DNA of 53,290 nucleotides, from the UHGV virus genome UHGV-0119950. One strand, given 5' to 3'. A program made the translations under genes and the position numbers. The stretch comes from a virus. Shown here in pieces: positions 1 through 9,363 of the stretch (positions are counted from its first letter, which is position 1; the number at the start of each line of letters is the position of its first letter). The notes under the pieces are model-generated. The model worked only from the letters and a program-made list of their open reading frames with translations, ran no database searches and was not told the origin of the DNA.

Positions 1-50
1 AAGCGCAGGCGCAGCGATAAAGGAAAAAGATGACGCAGTAATTTATTCAT
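1..50 (-). CDS. phoQ: sensor kinase PhoQ, first 16 codons only (gene runs off the window)
   Basis: Minus-strand ATG overlaps phoP stop (TAATG); translation [16 protein letters not shown] resembles PhoQ N-terminus as I recall it. Confidence 0.5.
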   Translation of the reverse strand, partial: MNKLLRHLFPLSLRLR

Positions 51-724
51 TAGCGCAGTTCGAACAGGTATCCCTGACCACGGACGGTGGTAATCACATC
101 ATCAGGATATCGCGCCTGAATTTTTTTGCGTAAGCGCCCCATTAATACATCAATGGTATGGCTTTCACGCAGTTCCGCATCCGGGTAGAGCTGTAGCATC
201 AACGAATCTTTGCTGACGACTTTGCCATTATTGCGGATCAGCGTTTCCATAATGGTGTATTCAAACGCCGTCAGTTTTATCACTTCATCATTTACGGACA
301 ATTCACGGCGGGAGAGATCCACCTGAAAAGGCGGAATAGAGATAACCTGCGAGGCCAGGCCGCTGTTGCGGCGCATTAACGCCTGCATACGCGCGACCAC
401 TTCTTCAATATGAAACGGTTTTGTCACGTAGTCGTCGGCGCCTGCGCTCAGCACTTCCACTTTATCCTGCCAGCCTTCACGGGCGGTTAATACCAGAACA
501 GGAAGGGAAACGTCATTGCTGCGCCAGCGGCGGATCAGCGAAAGCCCGTCTTCATCCGGGAGGCCTAAATCGACGATGGCGATGTCCGGCAGATGCTCGT
601 TAAGATAATAATCGGCTTCCTTTGCATCTTCTGCGTCATCAACCTGGTGCCCCAAATCCTGTAATTGAACCTTCAGGTGGTGGCGTAATAAGGCATTATC
701 TTCGACAACCAGTACGCGCATCAT
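50..724 (-). CDS. phoP: response regulator PhoP (OmpR family)
   Basis: 224 aa; near-identical over its length to E. coli/Salmonella PhoP as I recall them ([19 protein letters not shown]...[12 protein letters not shown]); receiver plus winged-helix domains. Confidence 0.95.
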   Translation of the reverse strand: MMRVLVVEDNALLRHHLKVQLQDLGHQVDDAEDAKEADYYLNEHLPDIAIVDLGLPDEDGLSLIRRWRSNDVSLPVLVLTAREGWQDKVEVLSAGADDYVTKPFHIEEVVARMQALMRRNSGLASQVISIPPFQVDLSRRELSVNDEVIKLTAFEYTIMETLIRNNGKVVSKDSLMLQLYPDAELRESHTIDVLMGRLRKKIQARYPDDVITTVRGQGYLFELR

Positions 725-794
725 CTTTTCTCCCTAAATTAACGGTATTAGTAGTTTAACGCTGATTCTGTGGATTGAAACCAGCGCTATGAAA

Positions 795-2081
795 TTAAAT
801 AACTTTTTTCATACTCCCTCGCCCGTGGGGGCGTCCTGGGGGCAGTGCTGTCGGCATCTGATTGTTCAGCATGTTGACCTGATCCTGGTTCATGTCATCA
901 ATCCACTTGGAGTAAACCTCGTACACCATACGCGCATCTTCATGTCCCATCTGGCTGGCAATGAACGACGGGTTCGCTCCGGCCATCAGCGTCCAGCAGG
1001 CGTATGTGTGGCGCGACTGATATGGATTGCGCTTACGTATACCTGAAAGTTTAGTCCCACGTTTCCAGCCATACGAAATCGAGTCCTTGGAAAAGTAACC
1101 GCCTTTCGTTGATGAGTATGTTGTCGGTGAAAAAACGAAGCGAAGATATTGCTGCTCAGTTTTTCCGATCTCACGATGATGAAACTGAATTTCCTGTTTT
1201 GGACTGTTCCCGGTGATTTCGTATTGCTCCAGCAGAGCATCATGAGCAGGTTGCAGCAACGTTATCGTCCTTATCCCGGCATCTGTTTTAGGGGGTACAA
1301 ATACTCGCTTGTTCGTCAAATTTCTGGATACGTGGATTTCACCTTTTACCAAATCAATATCTTCCCATGCCAGTGCGCATATCTCGCCCGGCCTCATCCC
1401 TGTATGTACCGCAATAATGATGATTAATGCCTGGCTACGGGGAAGGGCGGCTATCAGTGCCTGGTACTCATGAAGTAAAAGTGGGTCGGGATCATTTTTA
1501 GATAACTTGAGTCGCGACACTCCTTCATAAGGAGCATGCAATATAAACTGGCTTCGGTTTGCAAGCTTCAGCATTTCTGATAAAACAGCCATCTGTTTAT
1601 TGACTGTTGAGGGCGCTCGCCCATTTTTGATGCGGTTTGGTATTGAAGGGTTGAAAACTTCCCCGGTCAGGAGTTCTTTGCGGTAATTCAGAATATCTGC
1701 GTGCTGAATATCAACCAGGCGTGTGTTCTCGCCCACTACTCGTTTCAGGGTTTTAACGACTGATGTGATGGATAGTAAAGTGGCTTCAGATACCTCCAGT
1801 GACTTTGTGTCTGTAAAAAAATCACTCAGTTCTTTGAATGTAGAGATCCGTTTTGTGGACGAAAATTTCTTAAGAGCTTTTGATTCCGGGAAACGATCTG
1901 CGTAGTCGAACTTACCGAGTTGTATCTCACTCACAATTGCCGCGCGCAGATTGCCCGCTTTTTTAATGTTGCTACTGTTGACAACCCAACCCTGGAGAAC
2001 TTCGCGGCAACGAATGCCGCGATAGATAAATGTGATCCTGATTTTTCCGTTATGCAGTTCAACACCAGTCGGATATTTCAT
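795..2081 (-). CDS. int: phage integrase, tyrosine recombinase
   Basis: 428 aa; C-terminal catalytic motifs (HTGMRPGE, RHTYACW...GHEDARMVYEVY); followed by xis on same strand; sits at prophage edge. Confidence 0.9.
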   Translation of the reverse strand: MKYPTGVELHNGKIRITFIYRGIRCREVLQGWVVNSSNIKKAGNLRAAIVSEIQLGKFDYADRFPESKALKKFSSTKRISTFKELSDFFTDTKSLEVSEATLLSITSVVKTLKRVVGENTRLVDIQHADILNYRKELLTGEVFNPSIPNRIKNGRAPSTVNKQMAVLSEMLKLANRSQFILHAPYEGVSRLKLSKNDPDPLLLHEYQALIAALPRSQALIIIIAVHTGMRPGEICALAWEDIDLVKGEIHVSRNLTNKRVFVPPKTDAGIRTITLLQPAHDALLEQYEITGNSPKQEIQFHHREIGKTEQQYLRFVFSPTTYSSTKGGYFSKDSISYGWKRGTKLSGIRKRNPYQSRHTYACWTLMAGANPSFIASQMGHEDARMVYEVYSKWIDDMNQDQVNMLNNQMPTALPPGRPHGRGSMKKVI

Positions 2082-2296
2082 TAAGCATCCTGAACTAACT
2101 GATTAATCTTCGGGTAGTTGTACCAAAGCAGACCTTTAGCGTTGTCAGTCTGTCCAAGCGCAGTAAGGTGCTTGAAGTGAACACCTTCAACCCATAGCTT
2201 CAGTCGATAATTTTTAATCTGTCCTTCAGTAAGTCCTGTTCTTTCGGTAAGTCTGGACTCAACAACCCACTCTTCGTTAAAAATTACCTGTGACAT
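2081..2296 (-). CDS. xis: excisionase-like protein
   Basis: 71 aa ORF directly upstream of int with 1-nt overlap; size and position typical of lambdoid Xis. Confidence 0.65.
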   Translation of the reverse strand: MSQVIFNEEWVVESRLTERTGLTEGQIKNYRLKLWVEGVHFKHLTALGQTDNAKGLLWYNYPKINQLVQDA

Positions 2297-2360
2297 GGTT
2301 CACCTCAGGTAACCGGCGCCAGTATAGATGCGCCGGTGTTGTGACATTGATAATTCGTTA

Positions 2361-2600
2361 TCAGGCAATCTGCCCTGGCAGTGCGCGCAGTCGGCGCATA
2401 CCTGTCATTGCGGTGGCGACATAGCTCTTATGTCGGTTAACAACTTCTACCGTCACCTTCACGCCGTCGACCGCCACGGTATAAGTGGTCTTTGTTTTCT
2501 GTCTGCCAAACTCCCCGTAAAGCTCAACATGTTTTGCCAGAGCAGCATCGCACGCCCTGCGCGCCAGCGGAGATTGCTTACTACGATTGATAAGGCGCAT
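2361..2600 (-). CDS. hypothetical early protein
   Basis: 79 aa ORF in early-left operon between recombination genes and xis. Confidence 0.4.
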   Translation of the reverse strand: MRLINRSKQSPLARRACDAALAKHVELYGEFGRQKTKTTYTVAVDGVKVTVEVVNRHKSYVATAMTGMRRLRALPGQIA

Positions 2601-2640
2601 ATAACCCCCTGTGACGGGAGGGCTGACCCTCCCGCCTCCC

Positions 2641-3750
2641 TTAGTTCACGTATTCCGGTTTCATGTCGTCAAGGGTGATGCGGAACTGGTCATACAGTTC
2701 TTCACCCAGATGACGTTTGGCAGCGCTGAGCGTATTTTCAGCTTTAGCGAACATCGCTGCGGCTTCCGGTTCGCTGGGATTTGGAAGTGAGTTGATCACA
2801 GCCTCGACCTTGTTCTGCGCATCGACCTGGTAATAACGTTTCACCGCCTTATTTTTCAGTTCGGTGAACAGCGCTGTGCCCAGCAACGCTTTCTGCGATT
2901 CGATATCCGCGCGGATAGCTTTGGCCTGGTCAACAGAGCTTGCTGTATCAATCCGGTCACGTAGATCGTCTGCAACGGCATCAACATTAGTTGCCGATTC
3001 CTGCGCGCTGGTCGTGGTGCTAACCTCGCCAGTGATTTCCTGTACGCTCATGCGCTGGACTGGCGCAGGGTTAATCTCGCGTTCTTCTCGCTGCTCAACT
3101 TCATCAGGGCTGTACACGCCGAGGATCACTTCCGGGCAGTACAGGCGAGCCCAATATTTAACGCCCAAATAGGCAATTTGCTGTTTAGGATTGGAAACCC
3201 ACAGCGGGGAATTGCGGGTAACAACGCCGGAGAGGTAAAGAGGTTCCCCCCAGGTGATTTCGGATTCACCGCGCAGGATTGCGCCAACCTGGACGAACAG
3301 GCCGATCTCGTCCTCATCCGTCCAGCCACGAACGCGTTCAGTGACGGTGTATTTGCCGTTTTTCCCGTTTTTATCGCGCGTAATTTCCTGTGTTCTGGTG
3401 CAGCGCTCCCAGTCACCTCCATAACGGTAATGAAAACGGCCATGAATGGCACTGGAACTGGCGATTACCGCGTTGACAAGTTGCGCCTCGTATCCAAGAA
3501 CACCGTTAACCAGATGCGTTTTTTGCGCCACCGCGTATGGGTTCATGCCCCACTGCATCGCCTGCATAACGATTGCCATGCAGTCTGCCGGTTTACCTGC
3601 CAGATGCGCCGGGACCGTCACCTGGGAGTCGGCCATCAGATTTGCGAATGCGGTTAACTGGCTCAGCGCCTGTACGTTAAAAATCGCGTTACTGGCTGAA
3701 ATGGTGTTTGGTGCCTGCTGTTCAGTGGTGACAATGCTGGTGTTTTCCAT
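2641..3750 (-). CDS. single-strand annealing protein, RecT/Red-beta family
   Basis: Start moved to ATG with RBS AAGGGGG (MENTSIV...). Segment MAIVMQAMQWGMNPY resembles lambda Bet LLIVANQYGLNPW; sits directly downstream of exonuclease gene. Confidence 0.7.
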   Translation of the reverse strand: MENTSIVTTEQQAPNTISASNAIFNVQALSQLTAFANLMADSQVTVPAHLAGKPADCMAIVMQAMQWGMNPYAVAQKTHLVNGVLGYEAQLVNAVIASSSAIHGRFHYRYGGDWERCTRTQEITRDKNGKNGKYTVTERVRGWTDEDEIGLFVQVGAILRGESEITWGEPLYLSGVVTRNSPLWVSNPKQQIAYLGVKYWARLYCPEVILGVYSPDEVEQREEREINPAPVQRMSVQEITGEVSTTTSAQESATNVDAVADDLRDRIDTASSVDQAKAIRADIESQKALLGTALFTELKNKAVKRYYQVDAQNKVEAVINSLPNPSEPEAAAMFAKAENTLSAAKRHLGEELYDQFRITLDDMKPEYVN

Positions 3751-3760
3751 GATTTCCCCC

Positions 3761-6700
3761 TTATGCCTGTACGCGCAGCGCTTCAAGACGGCGCACATCA
3801 AAATCGTTGAGTTCTTCGGCGTAATCTTCGGTAATCGGCGCTGGCCATTCGCCAGTGTCGAACCCGTTCGCTATGGCGCGCATCGCTTTGCGGTATTCCA
3901 GCATGCCGAGTTCAAGCAGTTCTTCGGATGCCTCGATGATGGCGATCCAGTGGTAGTTCTCGTCTTTGTTGACGAATATCCAGAAAAACTGGTCCAGCGC
4001 TGCGGTTTCGCAGTACATGGCAGCGCTCAGGTGATAATCGCGCTCGATGATTTCCCGGTGCAGTTTGGCGCGTAGGCCTTCCTGCTTGATATTCCACATG
4101 CTGATAGTCTTCAGGTCAGCGCCGATGCGCAGGCCGCCCATGTCGATTTCAAGGTCTGGCCGCACGCGGATTTCCAGCCCGGTTTCCTCATCAATACCGA
4201 AATAGCTCACTTCTACGGCGCGGTTCGGATGCGTCAGCAGCTTCCCGGCGGTCGGGTGATTCAGCAGCGCTTTCTGGATGGCCTGCGCGGTGCTCAACTG
4301 CTGGCGGGTAACCAGAATTTTATCGCCGGGATTTTCTCGCCAAGCGTCAAGCAGCTCGTCGGCAAACACTGTTTCAGGTTTGACGGTTTTCACTGTCTGA
4401 ATCAGATCCGCTTTGGTGCCGGATACTTTCAACGGCTGTGGCTTCTGTGCTTCCTGTGCAACGAGATCAGGATTGATGATCGCCAGTTGCTCAAGCAGCG
4501 CGTCACGGCTTCCGCTGGTTTTCACCTGCGGCGGAAGGGTGGCGTTGTACTCTTTGATGCAGGCCTTCATTGCTGTGGCGGTATGCTTGGTTCCGTTCTC
4601 AATACGCTGGAACTCTTCAGGCAATTGCTCATATGATGCATACGATTCGTCAACGGATGCCCCAAGCGGTAACGGTGCGGGCAGGGTGGTGTTGTACTCT
4701 TCCAGTAGCGCTTTTATATCGTCGGCACTAAGCAGCGGCGGCAGGCTGGCGTTGTGCTCGTCGATAACCGCGCGGATCGTCGCTGTCGTCGTAAGCGCGC
4801 CTTCCGGGATTTCCGGTTCGATGCTGAACTCTTTTTCCAGTTGTTCAGGCTGTAACGCCAGCGCATGCACCAGGTTCCCCATATCCAGGACTTTGGTGCG
4901 TTCTTTCTGGATGGTTTTGGATACGTGGCGCGCCTCGAAATACATCAGCGATACCCGCGCATCTTTTACCATCGTCGAACTGATGCCATTCGCCGCGTGA
5001 TATACCTCGTTCGGTACGCCTTCATAACGCCCCGGCTCGAAGTATTCCGGCCACACTGGCGTTGGTTCTTCCTGTTGCGCTTCTGGCTCAGAATGGCTTG
5101 CAGAATCGTTGTTCTGGCTCACTTCCGACTGATTGTGGTCTACATCGGCTTGCTCGCCGGTATCTGCTTCTTCACCATTCCCCAAATCGCTTTCGCTTGT
5201 ACGCAGCGCATCACCAGTCTGTTTTTCATCACTGACAGTTTCTTGAACCTGCACATCGCTGGTGGTCTCCGCTTCCTGTTTTGTGCCATGAGTTGAGGAG
5301 TTCTGCATTAAAGCGGACACGTCGAAAATGTCGTCTGCAACTTTTTTCACCAGTTCAGGTTGCTCGGTTTGCTGGCTTGTCTCTGTCTTCACCCATTTCG
5401 GATCATTTGGGTCGCTGATACCCGGAACGAATTCACCGCGACCGGCGGCAAGCTGGCGTTCAACCTCTTCGCGGAGTAACTCAAGCGCAGAAGTGACCTT
5501 CTCGGGTGCCGGAGCCATCGGCATTGGCATTGATGAGCGACCGCAGGCGATATCAACGATCATTTCATCCGGGTGAGCGTGATCGGTTTCAGTCATGACA
5601 CGATTGAGATACTCGCGATGACGGAAAGGAGATTTAAACAGTTCCTCTGGCGTTGTTTTTACCGTAGCGACATTGCAGGCGCGGGAGTAATCCATCCCAC
5701 CAGGCATTTCTTCAAACAATTTGCAGGTCGCAATAAATTCATCGAGTACGTTATCTTCCCCTGAGCGGGAGAGATTCATAATGGCGTTGGCTTCAACATC
5801 GATCTCGAAGGAAGGGCTGTAAATATCGAACTCTTTGTTACGGGCGATCAGGCCAAGTGCTATTTCATATTCGAGCCCGGTTTTTGTCAGTGGAGTAAGA
5901 CGGTCAGTCTTATTACCGCCACCGGCGTTCGCGCCAGATGGTGTGCGATTAATTTCAGATACACGATTACCTTTGCACCACTCTTTAACGAGCAGCCCGC
6001 GATCAATATGAGGGGTATCGAACCATGTTTTCAGAAACTGGATAACGCTTGCCAGCTCAGGGATTTTGCCATCGGCAGGAAACACGCTCTTAACAGCATT
6101 TACCGCTTTATGGATATCGTGTTCAATGGCCTTTTTGAATGGTTCAACATTCTCAGCCGCAAGTAAAAGGTTCTGGACATATGAATTATCTGTGTCCATT
6201 TCCAGAGCGAGAATTGCTTTTTTCTGCTCTGCGTCGACATGATAGAGATACTCGCCATCGCCAATATGTTGAGCCAGAACACGATGACGGAAGGGCATTG
6301 TTGCCACAACGGTTAACTGAGGGTGTTCAGGTAGATCGCCATTGTCTTCAGTTGACGCCTGATCGTGCTGGATAATTTCGCCAGTTTCGGTATCGACAAC
6401 TTCTTCATTGCCAAAATCTTCCGTGTGATCTTCCAGCACTTCACCTGTTTCGGTATCAACACCATCAACGATACGCTGACGGGCGACGGCAACGGCCTCA
6501 GAAGAGGGCAACGTAACACCGGGGATCTGTACCCAGGTCATGTTGTCTTTGCCGAGTTGGTAGAAATCGCAGAACGTTAAGCTGAGTTCGCCTTCTGGCG
6601 GAAGCTCGTTAACGACGGGGAAATTAGTGGCAACAGCTTTAAAATAATCTTTCAGCTTTGCGCCGGATTTAATCAGGAGATAATCCAGTGTGGCATTTGC

Positions 6701-6796
6701 CGCTTCAAAATCATCGCTGCACCAGAGAACTGCATCTTTATGGCCAGATGATTTCTTTGCTTTGCGGACTAAAAATACAGGATTAGTTCCACTCAT
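3761..6796 (-). CDS. exodeoxyribonuclease VIII-like (RecE-like) with long acidic central region
   Basis: About 1011 aa from ATG with RBS GAGGA (MSGTNPVFLV...); large size, nuclease-like C-terminus and pairing with RecT-like gene. Track ORF start at 7003 would overlap upstream gene. Confidence 0.7.
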   Translation of the reverse strand: MSGTNPVFLVRKAKKSSGHKDAVLWCSDDFEAANATLDYLLIKSGAKLKDYFKAVATNFPVVNELPPEGELSLTFCDFYQLGKDNMTWVQIPGVTLPSSEAVAVARQRIVDGVDTETGEVLEDHTEDFGNEEVVDTETGEIIQHDQASTEDNGDLPEHPQLTVVATMPFRHRVLAQHIGDGEYLYHVDAEQKKAILALEMDTDNSYVQNLLLAAENVEPFKKAIEHDIHKAVNAVKSVFPADGKIPELASVIQFLKTWFDTPHIDRGLLVKEWCKGNRVSEINRTPSGANAGGGNKTDRLTPLTKTGLEYEIALGLIARNKEFDIYSPSFEIDVEANAIMNLSRSGEDNVLDEFIATCKLFEEMPGGMDYSRACNVATVKTTPEELFKSPFRHREYLNRVMTETDHAHPDEMIVDIACGRSSMPMPMAPAPEKVTSALELLREEVERQLAAGRGEFVPGISDPNDPKWVKTETSQQTEQPELVKKVADDIFDVSALMQNSSTHGTKQEAETTSDVQVQETVSDEKQTGDALRTSESDLGNGEEADTGEQADVDHNQSEVSQNNDSASHSEPEAQQEEPTPVWPEYFEPGRYEGVPNEVYHAANGISSTMVKDARVSLMYFEARHVSKTIQKERTKVLDMGNLVHALALQPEQLEKEFSIEPEIPEGALTTTATIRAVIDEHNASLPPLLSADDIKALLEEYNTTLPAPLPLGASVDESYASYEQLPEEFQRIENGTKHTATAMKACIKEYNATLPPQVKTSGSRDALLEQLAIINPDLVAQEAQKPQPLKVSGTKADLIQTVKTVKPETVFADELLDAWRENPGDKILVTRQQLSTAQAIQKALLNHPTAGKLLTHPNRAVEVSYFGIDEETGLEIRVRPDLEIDMGGLRIGADLKTISMWNIKQEGLRAKLHREIIERDYHLSAAMYCETAALDQFFWIFVNKDENYHWIAIIEASEELLELGMLEYRKAMRAIANGFDTGEWPAPITEDYAEELNDFDVRRLEALRVQA

Positions 6797-6920
6797 TATT
6801 TGATCCTCAATTCGTGTAGAATGGAGGCGCCTTAATGGCACCTCGGTTTTACCAGGTGATGTCCGGTGTAACTTTGGTCGGTGCCACCGGACGGAAGGCC
6901 CACCCTGTGTGGGCTTTCGC

Positions 6921-7208
6921 TTAATGAACAGTTCTGAAAACTTTTTCTGAGTAATCGAGTTTGTAGCTGCGGTAGTTGCCAAAACCGGCGTTATCGCCAT
7001 CACTTACTTTCACGGACAACATTGAAATTGCCTCTACAGCACAAAGAGGACAGTCGAACTTGCCGAATACATAGCCACCGTCAAGAATGACCGTGACCGC
7101 GCCCGTTTCGGCTGAATGAATAACGCCTGATACTTTCTTCTCGCAGTTGAATACAGCCAATTCTTTATTCACTGCTTTCAGGTTCATTTCGATTTTTGCG
7201 ATTTCCAT
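6921..7208 (-). CDS. hypothetical early protein
   Basis: 95 aa ORF in early-left operon. Confidence 0.45.
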   Translation of the reverse strand: MEIAKIEMNLKAVNKELAVFNCEKKVSGVIHSAETGAVTVILDGGYVFGKFDCPLCAVEAISMLSVKVSDGDNAGFGNYRSYKLDYSEKVFRTVH

Positions 7209-7295
7209 AAAACTTCTCCGGTTGTTAAATTCAGGGTGTAAGAATCCGCGCCAAATTTATGGCGAATTTTTTATTTCATATTTCAGGACTGCTGG

Positions 7296-7454
7296 TTAAC
7301 TTTCGTGCGCCATCTGATCGTATTCAGCGCATTGCTTTGAGCAGTATTCTTTTTCTTTGTTGGCAAGCCGGTTGCCATTGCGATAGAAAAGGATGCTCTT
7401 TACTTCTTTGCCTTCTTCAACGGGTTTGCGGCAGTAACCGCATTCTTTCTGCAT
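7296..7454 (-). CDS. small zinc-ribbon protein (CxxC...CxxxC), 52 aa
   Basis: Not in ORF track (<60 aa). RBS GAGGAGGGG upstream of ATG; translation MQKECGYCRKPVEEGK...YCSKQCAEYDQMAHES. Confidence 0.4.
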   Translation of the reverse strand: MQKECGYCRKPVEEGKEVKSILFYRNGNRLANKEKEYCSKQCAEYDQMAHES

Positions 7455-7463
7455 TACCCCTCC

Positions 7464-7649
7464 TCAGATGCTTGCTGGCAGCTCTCCGTTGTGAATGATT
7501 CCCTCAACAGGCCAGCACTCACCATTAACCTTTTGCTCGACAGCTGCGGCCTGGCATTCCTGCTGGTTGTCATATACACCGAGAATCACATCCTGAAAGT
7601 CACCGTTGGTCATTGCGACCGTTAATACCAGTGCGAATAGTTCCCCCAT
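7464..7649 (-). CDS. hypothetical small protein
   Basis: 61 aa ORF; start overlaps stop of upstream gene (TGATG), GGAGG upstream. Confidence 0.4.
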   Translation of the reverse strand: MGELFALVLTVAMTNGDFQDVILGVYDNQQECQAAAVEQKVNGECWPVEGIIHNGELPASI

Positions 7650-7777
7650 CAGTGAAGAGTCCTCCCGATTGCAGCAGCATAAATACGTTTTGCTTCTTCC
7701 CAGTCTTTAATGCTGTGGTGAGCCACTGCGAAGGATGCCTTGCGCTGTGCCTCCCGGACTTGCTGCTTGTTAATCAT
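7649..7777 (-). CDS. hypothetical small protein (42 aa, MINKQQVREAQRK...)
   Basis: Internal ATG of track ORF 7649..7954; ATG overlaps stop of upstream gene (ATGATTAA), indicating translational coupling. Confidence 0.35.
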   Translation of the reverse strand: MINKQQVREAQRKASFAVAHHSIKDWEEAKRIYAAAIGRTLH

Positions 7778-8114
7778 CGTTATCCTCCAGGTGCCCGTTA
7801 TCGCGAAGCCAGCTAATGACCTCGTCAGGAGAAAGACGATCCAGAATTTCCGGTAACTTGCTGTTATTGTCAGCCCAGTCGATGTAATCCGGCAGGTCGA
7901 TAGCGGCGAACAGCACATCGCTTTCGATTTCTTCCAGCACGTCATCCACTTCAACGCCGCGAATTTCAGTGTTCACAAAATCGCGATAACCGCTGGTTGA
8001 AACGTCAACTCCCTGCGCCTTGAGATCTAAATCAATTTTCATTTTCACCCTCTGCTTGCCGTTGTCGCCCGGCTGGCGGAACGTTTGATACCTGCTGCGC
8101 GTTAACTCATCCAC
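7770..8114 (-). CDS. hypothetical protein, first gene of early-left operon
   Basis: 114 aa acidic protein; N-terminal Arg content too weak to call an N-like antiterminator. Confidence 0.45.
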   Translation of the reverse strand: MDELTRSRYQTFRQPGDNGKQRVKMKIDLDLKAQGVDVSTSGYRDFVNTEIRGVEVDDVLEEIESDVLFAAIDLPDYIDWADNNSKLPEILDRLSPDEVISWLRDNGHLEDNDD

Positions 8115-8164
8115 CTCATCACCATCTTCATACGCCTGGTGCGGCTACTTCGTGGGCGTCCTGC

Positions 8165-8256
8165 CTGGGTGGTCGTGTTGCTGTGATATTGATTAAATCA
8201 CTGGTTTATAGTTGTGTCAACTTTGAATTGATGTTTGGTGTAAATTTTAGGTTTAT
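8165..8256. promoter_or_regulatory. putative left operator/promoter region (OL-like)
   Basis: Divergent intergenic region; GATATTGATTAAATCA (8185-8200) nearly matches GAATATTGATTGAAATA in the cI/cro intergenic region. Confidence 0.35.
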
Positions 8257-8526
8257 ATGTTGGGAGAGGGAGCGTGTGTTATGCTCACAAAAACATCAAT
8301 TGGCGAGGGCTGGGTGATGGATTACGAAGAACTGGCGCAACTGCGCTATCAGGAAATGTGCCGGATTGTGGGGGATGTCGTTTTTGCGATGGTGGCTGAA
8401 GGGCATGAAACCAAAAGAGTGGCTATAGCTGACGTGATACGAACGGAGATATCGAAGGGGCTGGATAAGTGGGATGCTGACCAGATTCAGGTTATGGAAC
8501 TGGCAGTGAAGTTTCTGGAAGAGTAG
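8257..8526 (+). CDS. hypothetical protein transcribed divergently from early-left operon
   Basis: 89 aa ORF (possible later start at MLTKTS); followed by strong terminator. Confidence 0.45.
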   Translation: MLGEGACVMLTKTSIGEGWVMDYEELAQLRYQEMCRIVGDVVFAMVAEGHETKRVAIADVIRTEISKGLDKWDADQIQVMELAVKFLEE

Positions 8527-8528
8527 GG

Positions 8529-8562
8529 CAATAAAAAACCCGGCTCGGTGGCCGGGTGTTTT
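8529..8562. terminator. bidirectional rho-independent terminator
   Basis: Hairpin CCCGGCTCGGTGGCCGGG flanked by A-run upstream and T-run downstream; ends both the 8257..8526 gene and the minus-strand cassette. Confidence 0.6.
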
Positions 8563-8954
8563 TAGTTACACGCGAATTTTATACCATCTAGTGTTGTGTT
8601 TTTAAGGATGTCTTCGGCATAAAATTTGAAGTAAACCCTCATCAAAGATGAAAAATACCAAGTATATTCCTTTAAAAAATCCTCATTGAGATTTTCGCTT
8701 TTTGGATAAGAGAAAATCATTCTAATGTCGATTTTTAGAGAAAAATCTGGTTTTTCACTGCCTTTCCTGAACCCTTGAGCGATGGGGCTTGCTGAAACTT
8801 TAATTGATGACATTGATGGATCGCCACCACCGACTTCAAAATCTAAGGCGCCATATACAACCTTGATCGTGCCCTCACCAGGTGTAAGCATGGTTTGATT
8901 GAACTCCACGTTTAGAATCGCAGATTCAACCATGTTGATATCGTTAGGCAACAT
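8562..8954 (-). CDS. hypothetical protein, cassette gene 3 of 3
   Basis: 130 aa; AT-rich; start overlaps stop of upstream gene by 11 nt; no recognisable motif. Confidence 0.5.
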   Translation of the reverse strand: MLPNDINMVESAILNVEFNQTMLTPGEGTIKVVYGALDFEVGGGDPSMSSIKVSASPIAQGFRKGSEKPDFSLKIDIRMIFSYPKSENLNEDFLKEYTWYFSSLMRVYFKFYAEDILKNTTLDGIKFACN

Positions 8955-9363
8955 TTATCTCATAATCCCTGTTTTGAGGCTTAATGGTAATCTTGATGAC
9001 TGGGCTTGGTTCGTCCATGAAACTATTTAAATTCATAACGTAGTGCTTATGAGCAGGTATAACAGGATGAGAAACATCACATCCATTCTTCAGGATTACT
9101 ACTTTTGCTTCGGCACCTAGAGCGTAGGAAATATCGGAGAGGGTTTTTAGTGTCATGTTCCTAGTTCCATCTAGCAACTGAGAAACATGCGAAGCCGACT
9201 TGCCAAGTTTTTTAGCAAGTTCACGCTTAGTTATACCTGTATCCTGCATAGCTAAAAGGATGTCTTCTGTAGTATTGAACACTAATCGTTCGGAAGCCAT
9301 CTCTCTATCACTAATGTATGGAAAACCAAAAATTTCTTCTGCGAAAGTCTTATCAGTAGTCAT
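8944..9363 (-). CDS. XRE-family HTH DNA-binding protein (antitoxin-like), cassette gene 2 of 3
   Basis: 139 aa; helix-turn-helix segment ITKRELAKKLGKSASHVSQLLDG; overlaps both neighbours. Confidence 0.6.
   Translation of the reverse strand: MTTDKTFAEEIFGFPYISDREMASERLVFNTTEDILLAMQDTGITKRELAKKLGKSASHVSQLLDGTRNMTLKTLSDISYALGAEAKVVILKNGCDVSHPVIPAHKHYVMNLNSFMDEPSPVIKITIKPQNRDYEINVA

Noticed and set aside
4229-5576. Plus-strand ORFs of 82-195 aa (4229..4636, 4413..5000, 4865..5296, 5328..5576)
   Set aside because: They lie entirely inside the minus-strand RecE-like gene, have low-complexity translations and no RBS; antisense shadow ORFs.
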